Assembly (NCBI GenBank): GCA_030704615.1
Contig: CM060732.1
Location: 38,378,001-38,442,000, forward strand
Direction of reading: 5' to 3'
DNA: 64,000 nucleotides
DNA from: Takakia lepidozioides
Taxonomy: Eukaryota > Plantae > Bryophyta
Every line of letters begins with the position of its first letter. Positions within the stretch are counted from its first letter, which is position 1. Both the position numbers and the translations under genes were made by a program. Of the stretch, positions 39,060 to 51,613 are shown piece by piece. The notes under the pieces are model-generated. The model searched no databases and had not been told where the DNA came from. It was given only the letters and a program-made list of their open reading frames with translations.

Positions 39060-40125
39060 ACCTGGAATCCCACCTCCCACCCTGTTTTTTCAGAGACCCT
39101 GAAATGTAATGGGGTATTCAAATGAGATTGTAAACATGAAAGGGAATGTTAGATGGTGCCCTGTAAAGGGCTGTTTTGTCTTTCAATGACAATGACCTTA
39201 GCGGTCTTGTCCATGTCTTGACATGACATGTATATCCTCCCTCTCTTTCGTGCTGCTCACAAAAAAAAAAAACCACAGAGGGAAAGAGGGGGTAGAAAAA
39301 GTTAATAAGAGAGAGGGAGAGGGAGAGAGGGAGACTGAGGGAGAGACGGGGCAACAATGAAAAAAAATGGGTTGGGGGGGGGGGAGGTCAGATGGTGGGG
39401 TCAGCTGCAGCATATGTCCAACACCAGATATCATAAATTTATCGACTCTATATCTTGGAAACAGGATCGCCCACCGACCTGTCAAACATGCTAAGTCCTG
39501 GCAGAAGACAGTAGAAGAGATTCTCAAGGACCTGGACCTGGAACCGCAAGTCTTCATCCTGCTGGATAAATCTGACTTAGAGGCTGTAGTGTCCAACCAT
39601 GTCTGTTGCCATGAGATTGTCTGATGAAAATGAAGTTAGGCAAAAAACTTCCCTGAACTTGTTTCCAGTCAGTGGCATGGGGGAGGACATCTTGGATGAC
39701 CTCAAGGGTCTGCCCACTCTCGGCACTAGACTGAAATTTAGACTCAGGGTAGGAAGCCTACCTTTGAACAACAAACAGAAGCAAAGAGGAAAGGGAGAGT
39801 GCAATTGCCCATTGTGTGGGCAATATGAAGACAATACTCATTTTCTGATACACTGTCCGGGGTTCTCTCACCAAAGAGACGCTCTCTTCAAATCTATCAA
39901 GGGAATTGTGCATGTACCTCTGTTTACTAACTTTGAAAAAGTCGAGGCTGAGCCAAAAGCCCAGCCCCTTCTGAGGCCTAGTTTTTGGGCGTCTCACACA
40001 CATCAGATTGATGCTTGTGTGAAGGGATTTGTAGAGGATATCTAGAAAACCCGGATTAATTCTATATGTGAAGGTAAGTCTTACTACCAACGTCAGCCCC
40101 TGACAGAGGTAGGATCTGTCCCTTT
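39060..40125 (+). mobile_element. Conserved module plus LINE ORF2 C-terminal zinc-knuckle fragment, copy 2
   Basis: TRLKFRLRVGSLPL...CPLCGQYEDNTHFLIHCP...R, the CCHC motif that follows the RT in non-LTR elements. No RT upstream in this copy. Confidence 0.75.
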
Positions 40126-40151
40126 TGTTTCCCCAAGAGAGGGGGCAGTTG

Positions 40152-41573
40152 CTCAGTCACTCTCCCCCCCACCTTTTTTTTTTCCCTTTGTTGCCCCCTG
40201 ATGTCTCCCTCTCTCTCCCTCTCTACTGGGAATTGGCAGTTTGCTATCAGTGTTGACTTCTTGTTTTCTCATCCTCTATCAGGCTTTTTCATCCATACCG
40301 GATGAGCCACCAGGATGGACACTGAATTACCTCTAGGATGGTTCTTTTGGCCTTTTCATTCCTCCTTTATTGACTCTCATCCATACCGGATGAGTCACCA
40401 TGGAAGAAAAGAATTACCTCTATGGAGGTTGCCAACAGCATCCTGTTTTTCCATCTGTACCGGATGAAAAACTACCAGGGTGATAAATTTTCATTCCTCT
40501 TTTATTGACTCTTTTTATCCATACCGGATGGTCTGGTGAGGAATGATAGAATTACCTAGATGGAGGTAAGACGCTGCCACGGATGATATTCCCTACTTTT
40601 TCATCCTGACACAAGTGATCTGTCTATGGATGATGTGATTATGGCCTGGAATTGATCTTTACTACCCCTAATTATGTTTAATTACAGTGGAAACCCTAAC
40701 CCCTACCCCAAAACCTATTTTTGACCTTGCTGCGGATGAAATCCGTCAAGGTATACGGATGCGTCCTATTGTTTTTCATCCACGGATGAATAATCGAGGG
40801 ACAACCCTATGTCGTCTCTCCCGCTGTCAGTCACCCCCCCCCCCTCCACCTTTTTGTTTTTTCTTTGTTGCCCCCTCTCTCCCTCTGTCTCCCTCCTCGG
40901 AATTGGCCGGTTGCATCAGTGTTCTTTTCATGATTTTCCATCTATACCAGATGGACTCTAAAAGGTGTTTTCGCCCGACTTGTAAAGGTTTTCTATCCAT
41001 ACCGGAAGAATCACCTGGGTGGACACTAAAATACCTTTAAAAATGACCTATAATTTTTCATTCCTCTTTTATTGACTTTCATCTATATCAGATGAGGCAC
41101 CAGAGAATAAGGAATTACCTCCGTAGGGGTTATGACACTGGCATCCTATCTATAATTTTTCCATCCATGCCGGATGAAAAATACCAGGATTTGAATTCGT
41201 TTTATTCCTCCTTTATGCCTTTTTTTCCGTACTGGATGAGGCTTTCTCTTAAGGGATGACGAATTATCTGTTAGGATGAGAAACCGCTGCCTTGGATGAT
41301 GTATACTACTTTTTCATCCTGCTGATGGACCTCATCCAAATAAATGAACCTATTTATTTTTTCATCTGAACCGGATGAAAAAAACCAGCTTATGATGGCC
41401 ATGGAGAATTTTTTAATTACCTTTAATTATTGCTAATTAAGGAGTGAAACCCTAACTCCTACCCCATAATCTACTGTTTAAACCTAGCTAACGGATGACA
41501 TCCGTCGGGTTTTTGAGATAAAGGGTATTGATTATTCATCCTGTGGATGAACAATCAGGCTCTGCCCTAGGGT
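40152..41573. repeat. Two tandem TTCATCC/GGATGA-rich repeats (copies B and C); copy C flanked by a 17-bp direct repeat
   Basis: Both start TCAGTCAC followed by a C-rich run. GTCTCTCCCGCTGTCAG at 40814-30 and 41574-90. Confidence 0.65.
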
Positions 41574-43451
41574 GTCTCTCCCGCTGTCAGCTGCACTCCT
41601 CGTGCTGCTGAGTTCGCGAATTATGGCGTCTGAGCTCTGCTGCTACTCTGTCTGCTGCTTCATGCCGGACGAGCTCCTGGGGATGCGTAATGGCGGCGTC
41701 TTGTCTCTTCTCACAGGTGGGAGAACCCGCTGTGATGGCATCGTCCCTTTTCCTCCTCTGACTTTTATGTTTCGCAGCGACGCTTGGGTGGGGAAGTATA
41801 TCGCTCTCTCTCCCTTCTTAAACCTAGCATTTGTATGCTTCGCTTCTCCTTAGCTGTGCTGGAGGTGGCGTGTTGGTGGCGATGGCGCAGAGTTACCTTC
41901 CCCAATCGCTCAAGGTGAGGATCCCTACCTACTTTGAATTCTCTTGAGCTTGCAGATAAGGATGTGTGCAAAAGGAACATACTGTTGCTGCTTGCAGCCC
42001 CGATTTCGGCCCGCTTGCTCCCGGTTTGACATGATGATGCTTGCTTTTGACTTATCTTTTGCTACTGCTGAAGGAGCACTTCGGCCTGACAGCCTTGTCT
42101 CATGCAGCACTGCATGTGAATCCTACCCTGTATTGAATCTTTGACAGCTTTGCCTGTGGATTTTTAGACTAGGTTCTCATTTTTTTTGGCCTTAAAAGAG
42201 GATTGATGGAGTAAGGGAAAAGTCATAAGTGGCTGTTTGGCTCTAAGGATGAGGAGACCTGAGTTTTGTTAAAGAATACAGCCTGATAAGGCAATGACAG
42301 GCCGTTTTCAGACCTGGATTTGTTGTGGAATGGAGCATAGTGAGGTTATATTTGCAAAACATGGCATTAGCCTCATGTGAAACAGTGACGGTAAGCTCTA
42401 AAGGACTTTGGCCAGTGATTAGTTACTTTATTTTGCCATATGAACAGCCACCTGCATTGTAGGAATTATCTTGGCCAAGTGGGCTTGGTCTTGGGCACTC
42501 AAATTGTATGTGTGTCCATATCTGGATGCTGTGACAGGGCAGGCCTTTCTTCCATGCCAAAATGCCTTACATGATGCATATCTTGGGGCAACTGTATATG
42601 ATGAAGAATGAAGTCGCAGTCAATCTTGTCATGCCCAAAGTAATCACTTGGTTGCATGTTTGGAGTCTGATTTACTGCAGGCTGGGCCAGCAAGAGTCCT
42701 ATGTGCACAGGTCCTGAATATATACAATGACAGGCTGTTCTTACATACCCAGAAGGCCTTGCACGATGCATGCTTTGGGGTGCTTACATTTGGCCAAATG
42801 TGAAGCTGCAATATGGCTTGCCATGCCCAAGAAGTGTATTTGGTGGCAGGCCCGAAGTGTAATTAATTGCAGGCTGGTCCTTCCTGCTGCCGGTGTGAAT
42901 CCTGAATGTGTTGTAGGGCAGGCTGTTCTTACCTACTTTGCATACTGCTTGTCTTGGATCACCTCAAGGTACTTGTGTATACATATCTTGGATCTGTAAT
43001 GTGGCAAGATGTTCTTATATGCCCATGATATCTTACATGGTGCATATCTTATGGATAACTATGGATGATGTAATCTGAGGCTGCAATCTGACTTATATTA
43101 TGCAAGTGGGTTACTTGGGTACATGACATGAATCTGATTATGAACATACCCCGCCCTCCCACCCTGTTTTATCATGAATGAATGGGTGGCGTCACTTGGT
43201 GTGTTATGACAAGACTGGAAATGTTAGATGGTGCCCTGTCATGGGGCTGTTTATGTCTTTAATTGACAATGACCCTAGTTGGTCTTGTCCATGTTTGACA
43301 TGACATGAATATCTTCCCTCTCTTCCTTTTCCAGTGTACTTAGTGGTTTCTGTACACACTATCTACCGTCTTCCTTTCTGGTTATTTCAGTGCCAAGCTG
43401 AGTTACTAACAGAGATTCTTATGTACTGGCAGTTGTCCAGCATAGAACCTC

Positions 43452-45435
43452 TTGGGTGGGAAGGATGACGATCAAGCTTTCTTGGTGTATCAGTCCCTGA
43501 CCTCCACCAATTCCAGCAACGCTGGATGCCATAAGTCACCCCAAAGGACTTCTTTCGCCACCATGCAAGGGCTGGATTCTGAAGTTCTGGAGAATTCTCC
43601 GACCCTAAACATCTTGGAGGACAGCTGCAGACTGATTGAAACCCACGCCCATGGTAGGAAATTCATTACTCATGCGGCAAAACCTGCCCCCTTGGGATTC
43701 GTACATATGCTATACCCCAACCGAGGTATGGAATGGTTAAGCCCTAAAAACATGATTAAGGAAGCAATGATTACTCATGGCCAACATGACCTTGCTCTCC
43801 TTGTTGATGAGATTGTATTTGGTTGGACCTATCATAAACAATGCAGTACTGAATTTTACCAGCCTGCTGTTGTTTTCCGTGATTTCAAATTCTTGCAAGA
43901 TCTGATTATGTCACCAGAATGCATCTGTGACAGCACAAACATGTTCCGTACGTTTGGTGATGAGGCTACCAAAACAGAGTTCCATCTATCTGGCTCTGTG
44001 CCCAAACAACATGTACGTACCATGGATCTTATTATCATCAGACATGACCGTTTGAAAGCAATGTTCACCTAGGTATGAATCACATTCCTCTCAAACGCAC
44101 ATTGCTGAAGGATGTGGTTGAACAAGTCCACTCTGCTTTTTTCATGACATGTAATATTCTACAAGTAGATACTTGTGAGGATTGGGTTTCACTTTGCAGC
44201 TTATGGCTGAAAAAGTCATGTTGGGACCGACTGAAACAAAAAGCCAGCAGGCGTAACGGCCGTTTCAATCACCATGAAATAAATTCTTTTTTAGTGTAAG
44301 AAGCACGGGATGAACTAGCATGGCTTCTTTCTCACCTGTACATGTCTGGACTTGACAAGGCTAACAACAATGTATGTTTTATGTGTGTGAAGCACATAAG
44401 AACTCAAGCATACCACCGACTGATGGGTAAAGATTTCAAACCCTATTATGAAAATGAGGTATGGTTGTCAACTGATTTTGCATTGGTAAGCATTTCTGAA
44501 GATTTACAGAAGTTGCTACCTGAAATACCAGCAGTGGCATGTAACCTCCCCTACATGATGGGAATTTACAAACTACACAAAAAGAAGTACCGCTGGATTA
44601 CCGATGCCCAAAATTATATTTTCAGCGAACTTGCTTGTCTATTGACACGTGCCACCATGGACCTATTGCCTCTGGTAAAGGAATGGGTCAAGGCACGACT
44701 TGATACTTATGAGAATTTTTTCAATGTGTCCACTTCCATGTACTAGATAATAGACAACATCTCTGATTTTACTTTGAATCTACCTGCAAAGATCCATGAC
44801 GTGTTTGTTGCTGACATCACTCAATGCTACGAAAACATACCTTTGACAGGTGAAGATAATTTGGGTGCCGCCATCGAATACGTGGTTCAGATTGCCTTCC
44901 GGCAATACCACATTGCCCACCCTCGATCCAACCACTCACTATGGATTCCAGCCAGGAAAGACACCTTCGGGAAATGTAGGTGGGGACCCTCCTCGCCTAA
45001 AACTGGTATGTGGATTGAGCTCTCTGAAGCTAGATTGCTTGGGCTCCACAGGTGGTTGATGACTCACTGCTTTGTTGCTTTGGGAGATCGGGGTTGGCAA
45101 CAAGTTTCTGGCATACCCATGGGTTTTTCATGTTCTCCTCTATGGTGTAACATTTACTTCTTGTCCTATGAACTGAGATTCATCCTCCGTTTGGCTGCTC
45201 TAGGACAGTTCTAGCTTATGGCTAAATTCAAATCAGCCTTCCGGTACATTGATGACATATGCTGGTTGAATGTTGGTGATGCTAAGCAATTTCTTGATCC
45301 TTCTACGGACAGAAATAGCCTAAACCCATGGTGGGTTTACCCACTCAATGTAGTGGAAATTAAACCAGAGTTATTAAGATCCAAGGATGATACACCTTAC
45401 GCTGGTCTGGAAGCTTGTTTTATGAATGTACAGAT
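43452..45435 (+). pseudogene. Penelope-like retroelement reverse transcriptase (Naiad/Chlamys-like), degenerate
   Basis: CICD...HVRTMDLIII...; DKANNNVCFMC; LPYMMGIYKLHK..YRWI; ADITQCYENIP; QVSGIPMGFSCSPLWCNIYFLSYE; FRYIDDICWLN. Broken by in-frame stops. Confidence 0.8.
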
Positions 45436-45852
45436 CAGGAAAGTGAGAGTGCAAAGGGAGAGTGCAATTGCCCGTTGTGTGGGCAATCTGAAGACAGTAC
45501 TCATTTTCTGATACACTGTCCGGGGTTCTCTCACCAAAGAGACGCTCTCTTCAAATCTATCAAGGGAATTGTGCCTGTACCTCTGTTTACCAACTTTGAA
45601 AGTCTTAAGGCTGAGCCAAAAGCCCAGGCCCTCCTGAGGCCTAGTTATTGGGCAAATCACACACAGCAGTTTGATGCTTGTGTGAAGGGATTTCTAGAGG
45701 ATATTTGGAAAACCCAGATTAATTCTATATATGAAGGTAAGTCTTACTACCAACGTCAACCCTTGACAGAGGCAGGTTCTGTCCCTTTTGTTTCCGCTCA
45801 AACTGGGCGCGGGGTCAATGGCCACAAGGCTACGGCAAACAACGTCTTATGA
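45436..45852 (+). mobile_element. LINE zinc-knuckle fragment, copy 3, joined to the truncated PLE RT
   Basis: KGECNCPLCGQSEDSTHFLIHCPGFSHQRDALF, nearly identical to 39790-40125. Confidence 0.8.
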
Positions 45853-45854
45853 GT

Positions 45855-47210
45855 ACAATCTTTTTAACTTTTTCTGCACCCTCTCTCCCTTGTGGTTTGT
45901 TTATTTTTGTGAACAAAAAAAAAAAAAAAAAGGGAAGATACTTTTTTTCATGTCAAGACAAAGACAGGACCCCTAGGGTCGTTGTCATGAAAGAATAAAT
46001 AGACATATCAGCCACTTAACAGTGGCACCATCCATCAATCATCAAGCTTAGAAAATCCAGAATAACATCCATGCACAGTAGTGTGTTCATGTCAGTATTA
46101 TTCATAATCCAGAGAGTATGCCACTGATGCTAATTGCCCATCAGTCAAGATCATGATACACTTACATAGGTCTGGGTGGGATGGCGGGTACTTGGCCATA
46201 TTTTGGCCTTGATGTGTTGCAGGTCATATAGTCATACATATTTACTGTCTGCAAGCTGTAATCCAAGCATACTTACTAAAACCCCATGGGTGTCATGGAG
46301 GGTTTTCTTAAAAAGAAATGAGCACTTGGATATCATAGATTTAAATACCTTGCTTTGCCAGTATTTGTTTAGACTGGTGTGCAGTACAGCTTGCCCCCAC
46401 AGGGGATGTGGATATGTCTGGTAAGTTTTCCAGAACACCCCTATACCTTTATTTCTTGCTACAGCTGAAAATCAAAGCTCATGACACAACAAGGTAAATA
46501 TAAAGGACTGCATACACATCCTGTGACAGTTATATGCTACTGTCAGTATACCCTTCACATCATTCCACATTTGACCATGTCATTATACCATGTCCAGGGG
46601 GTATTTCCACTTGACCACCCTGGCTGCCTCAAAAACCAGTTACCATTTATATTACTGCCATATTTCAGTGTCAGCCGAATAGCCACAGGCAGAAACTTCA
46701 TCATACCTGGCCTAAGCATCTAGCTAACAAAACATCCGCCAGTCTGTCCGCCTGACGGACGTTGTCCGTTTCTCATCCGTGGAAGATGAAAGACATCGTG
46801 CTTTCATCCTGTCTTGCACTCAACGGATGTAGTCCGTATTTCATCTAGGTTAGATGAAAAAACATGTGGGGTTTTTTTACCTGTCTTGCCCTGTATTTAG
46901 GTCCCGTCAGATGAAGTCCTTTTTTTCATCCAGGTTGGATTGAAAAAATAGAAACTGACGGGAGTTTTGCAACTCACAGGTTTTTTTAGTGAAGAAATAT
47001 TTCACTAGGAATTTGTTTTAAAAAAAATCATTTTGGATAAAAAACATCCAAAATTCCCTGCAACCCAATTTTGCAATTCTTTTCCAATTTCCTCAAAAAT
47101 GGAAGTCGGGACAACAATTCCATAAGCCCAGTGTCCAGAGGGAGAGAGAGGGAAACCAAAAAAAAAAAAAATGGGGGGGGGGGGGGGGTGGGGGGGTGGA
47201 GTGACTGAGC
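45855..47210 (-). repeat. Inverted copy of the module (45855-46035) and of the TTCATCC repeat (46740-47210)
   Basis: 45855-45990 matches the reverse complement of 39180-39310. GGGGGGTGGAGTGACTGA at ~47190-47208 is the reverse complement of the repeat start. Confidence 0.6.
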
Positions 47211-47405
47211 CCGTGGTGCTCAGCAGCAGCTGCTGGTGCTCAGTTACTTCCCCCCCCCCCCCCCCCCCCCAACCTTTTTCTTTTCTCTTTGTTGCCCCCT
47301 CTCGAGACCCCGAGCACTTGCTACTCTCAGCCCCCGACATGCTTGGTTTTTTTTTGTTTTTGATCTGGAATGTAGAGGTTGTTTCCTAATGAGGCCAACT
47401 TGTGG

Positions 47406-49520
47406 GTTTGCATGACATGTGCCAGCTTATGGGAAAGAGAAGAAGTCCCCTGCCCCAAAGAAAGGGGTGGACAATCCGTTTGCTCTGCCGGCACGTGTGA
47501 CGCGCCAGGGCGTCTCACGGTTAACCAGCCCGTCGACAGCCACAGCCGGAGGGCTCGTCTGCCCCCGAGGCCAGTACCCCCCCTCTTGTCCACACCCCCG
47601 GCCACCAAGACGGGTGAAATGTACCTTGGCAAGCACATCACCCGTTCGGGGGCCCGGTATGGGCACCTTTTGGATGTCACCCCCATAGCGACCCCTTCCT
47701 CCGCAGCAAAGGCTGCACTTGCCAAGGCCCAACGTTAGGTTCAAGGGCCTTTGAAAGCCTCCATTGCCAGCCCATTGTTGTCGATGAGGGAGGAGGAGAC
47801 GAGGAGGGCCAATGAAGTGGCCAAGATAGTGAAGCGCCTCGAAGAAGTCAAGCCGGGTGAGGGCTTCTACCCTGATACGCATTTGGGGGGGGGGAGGGGT
47901 GAGGAGGAGGTATGGGCCGGTTCGGAGCAGCCTAGTGGATCCAGCGACACCGCCCCCTGAGCCTGAGCGGTCAGCAAAGAAGGGCCTGGACTACGGGGCG
48001 CCGCTGCCGGCTATGCTCCACATCTGGAATCTACTTCCAGTGGCGCTCCGGGAGGGGATAGAGCGGGCACATCCGGCAACAGGGACTCCTCCCACATCGG
48101 GTGACACCGGGGGCAAGTCGGACAAGCTTGCAAAGGTACAACTGTCGCACCTTGTTCCATGATTTATCCTTTCCTTTGCATGCATGATTTTCTTGTTGTT
48201 TGTTTCTTTTTTTGAATTTGGAGGGGTTATTTGTCTTCAGGAGGCAGCATTGGTGGTCATTTGTCTCAATGAGGGAGAGCAGGTGTTCATGAAGGACCCG
48301 AACACCAAAGATAAGAGGCCTCAATCTCCCGAGATCCCTTTTACCATCAATGAAGGGGCTGCCGAAGAGAGAGGAGAGAGGGAGAAGTAGCGGGGAAGGG
48401 GAAGGAAAAGAAGAAGAAGAAGAAGAAGTCCCATCGAGAGGAGGGGTGAGTGTGCATGCGGGGAGGGCAGTGGGGTAACAAAGGAGCAGGGGAAGGAGGC
48501 TACAAAGAAAGGAGAGGGTGGGAAGAAGAACATGGCCTTGGCGATACAAGATGTGGAGTTGGCAAAGATCGTGGTGCCACCGGTGGAGGTGAATCGCCAT
48601 GGTGACCCCTGCGGTGCGTTCTGGGAGGCTATGAAGAAGCCAGCCTTCGAACTCGCATTGAGGTGGTTCCCTTTGCACATCGAGTAGGCTGATCAGCACT
48701 TTGGCACGAAGCGGGCGTATGCCCGTGAGTTAGACCGCCGGTTTCCGGGCAATTGGAGTGACACAAGGGTGATGGAGATGGTGGGGCGAAACTTGAAGGA
48801 CAGGAGGTACCGTGTCAGACAGATCATTCGGAGGGCAATGGAAAAGGGGGCCATACCCAAACCACCTTATGGAATTACACAGGTTGGCAAATCCTGAATC
48901 ATGTCACCTTCCATTTGTCGCATGTGCATTAATGAGGTGGATTCGATGCAACGTATGTGTGTAATTCACTAATTGTTGGGGGAGGGGATAGGTATCGGGG
49001 GATGCACTCATTGCGGGAGAGACTGATGCCGCAAACAAGGCCAAATTTGACCGGGCACGCAAAGCAACAACAGTCCGCCTTGACAAGCACGAATCCACAC
49101 ACAAGTGGGGCGTCGGCGGATCCAAGGGTTTTATCTTGCGATTTGTAAGTCGTACTTCCCTATGGATTTTGTTATGTCTTCTTTCTGGCTCCATCATCGC
49201 GAAGAACTGACTTTAATTTGTGGCATATGTAGCAACACGCATTTGAGAGGAAGCCATCTCCGGTACAGTACAACTACGCCAAGGAGCATGGTTGGCAATC
49301 CCTCATGAAGAACATGGCCAACACAGAGGGGATGAGTGCACTACAGGGCACTAGTATGGATGAGGTCGAGGGTCATGGCCAGGGATTGGATGAGAGCTCT
49401 GTGGGACTTAGGGGAACGCCGCCTCATTTACGTGCTCTGGCAAAGGCCGCGGAGTCATCAGGCTCATCGGATAGCTCTGAGTCCTCCACTATGGATGAGG
49501 ATGAGGATGAGGATGACTAG
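47406..49520 (+). pseudogene. CACTA TnpA-like (Ptta/En/Spm-type) accessory protein, multi-exon; probable first exon at ~25850-26189
   Basis: VEVNRHGDPCGAFW...FPGNW...NLKDRRYRVR...PKPPYGIT and AKFDRARKA...HKWGVGG resemble TnpA-type proteins. Acidic C-terminus, in-frame stops, adjacent to the right subterminal repeats. Confidence 0.55.
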
Positions 49521-50480
49521 TCCTAGTCCTTGTAGGACCCAGGGTCAGCCTACTGAACCCTTGTGAGCTTTTCAGCTCATTTCCTGTAAATATATTCCAT
49601 CTTTCCATCTTCCATCTTATTCAGGTGTCGCACCGTCCTCACCCACGATTCATGCTTGCTCAGTTGTGTACCAGCTAAATCAGAGAAATGGAACTGTAAG
49701 GCCTCCCATCCCCAAATACAAAACCAGGCAAAAAACAAAAAACCACCCCCAATTCACCCCCAAAATCAACCCCCAACCCCCCCCCCCCACCAGGCTGCCC
49801 TCGCGACTGCAAGACGTCGCCAATGGCGACATATTTTTTGGGCGCGGGTCGCAAGCCGCGACGGTCAGGCGTCGCAAACCCCATTTGCGGGTGGCAATGC
49901 CCGACACCCCTGCGACGTGTTTTTTTGGTCCGGGGGTCGCAAGCCGCGACGCCCTGGCGTCGCGAAGACCGCCACCCTGCCTGCACCACGTCTTTTTTTT
50001 TGATAAAATATAAAACAACAGCGACACTAGAGCGTCGCAAAAACCCACGCCCGGGCGTGGCGGAGCCCGACTCCTGCTCCCGTTGTTTTTTTGCCACGCC
50101 CAATAGTCGCTTGGCGTACCACCCGGCTTACGCCATGTGTTTTTGGGTTTTAGGATGGGACTCCCGGGCAGGTTAGAAAAAAAAAGGGATGTGACGCCGC
50201 GCCGGCGCTCCCACCAACGCCGTCGGTTGGCGAGCCGCGACGACGAGATGTCACTCGAAGAGGCCCCTGCCATCGGCGCGGATGGCCTGAAAAAGCGACG
50301 TCCGGCAGTCGCGGGATTTGGGGCGGGGGCTCGCGACCCCCATACGTCGCATTTTTGTGACGTCATTTTGTCGACGCCCATGCGATTGCCGGGCGTCGCA
50401 AATTCTGCACCTGCCGCGTGCCCGAAAAGGGCGTTTTCCCGACGCTGCGGCGTGGCCGCGGCGTGGCTTGGGCACACCAG

Positions 50481-51150
50481 ACTTAAAATTTCATTATGGC
50501 GATAGTGTGTGGAAATACTACACTGCTTGCGAACTGCAATCTGTAAGTCAGTTCTAATTGCCTCAGAGAGACCTGCTATTTTGAAACATTGTTTTGTAAA
50601 GGGCTTGCCCCCTGCTGAGAAAGTGTTTCTGCAAAAACAGACTTACACCACTGAAGATGAGATGGTGGAATTGATTGAAGAAAGGTTACGTCTCAAAGTT
50701 GCCAAGGCAGGCCTGTCTAAAGTTACCAACACAAAACACACTCATCTGGCTAGTGATGGTAACTGTGTAGAGCATACTGATGGGGACCTTGGGATGAAAG
50801 GTATTGCAAAAGATCTGGTCCCTTCCATTGTGCATGAGTTGTCATCTTTTCGTAATGAAATCCAAGGAGAACTTCAAGCCTTCAAAACCAAGGTAGGCTG
50901 GAACTCTACAGTCACTGCCAAATCTGGGCCTCAAGGTAAGACCAATGTTGGCATTCATCATGAAGCTAGGACTTCCGTGGTGGCATGCATGATCTGCAAA
51001 TCCACTAAGCATTACACCAGGTGGTGCCCTTACCAATCTGACTTACCTGCTCTGATTGAACAGTTGCAAAGAGACAAAAAACAGAGGGGGTACTTTAAAC
51101 GAACCCGGTCGTCTGTGAGGGTGCCAGATGACCATGGTAAGAACCCCAAA
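50481..51150 (+). pseudogene. Gypsy gag, 3' part with CCHC zinc knuckle
   Basis: LKFHYGDSVWKYY, CFVKGLP, CMICKSTKHYTRWC. Confidence 0.8.
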
Positions 51151-51248
51151 ACGATGGTAAGTGTTGTTCTTTCTCGTGATTTCAAACTCATGCATTCTGA
51201 GGCCTATAAGCGCATTAGTAGGGACCGGATCCACCCAATGATGACACA

Positions 51249-51578
51249 ATGTCATGTGGGCCATCCTTTCCATGTGTTATTGATACTGGATGTACCATAT
51301 CTGCCATTCCACTTAGTACAGTTCGCATTCTTGGATTAAAAATTAGCCCTGCCCATGGCATTGAAGTTACCATAGCTGATGGCACGACATATGAATCCAT
51401 AGGGTTGGTCACCTTGCCTATCCGCATTAGTGGGAAAACTATCTTGCTGACCTGCATTATCACCAAGGGTGAACAAATTTTACTGGGATTGGATTGGATG
51501 AAGGGTGCAGAGGCCAGCATTGACGTCATGAACAATCGTATGTGCCTTCACAATGGTGAGGGGCAACCTTACAAGTAA
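51249..51578 (+). pseudogene. Retropepsin aspartic protease
   Basis: VIDTGCTISAI ... ILLGLDWM. Confidence 0.9.
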
Positions 51579-51613
51579 GTCTAGGCCATGTTACTATTGC
51601 CGCTGGGACCTCT

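Larger units (their letters stand above)
17244..50480. mobile_element. CACTA (En/Spm) DNA transposon, ~12 kb native, with a ~21 kb internal insertion
   Basis: Left end CACTACAGCAAATGGG. Dense GCGACG/CGTCGC subterminal repeats at 17.25-17.83 kb and 49.8-50.46 kb. ACT at both 17241-43 and 50481-83 (possible 3-bp TSD). Encodes TnpD and a TnpA-like protein. Right end lacks the canonical TAGTG. Confidence 0.8.

Noticed and set aside
39130-39250. Repeated conserved module as an snRNA, tRNA or other ncRNA gene
   Set aside because: No match to the U-snRNA, tRNA or 5S sequences I can recall, no Pol III boxes seen, and it always occurs within the composite repeat.
40280-41400. Hammerhead ribozymes (expected near PLEs)
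   Set aside because: Motifs read CCGGATGA rather than the CTGATGA core, and I could not build the stems by eye. An Infernal search would be needed.
49656-50557. Several overlapping Arg/Pro/Ala-rich ORFs
   Set aside because: Produced by stop-poor GC-rich subterminal repeats; no domain signal.
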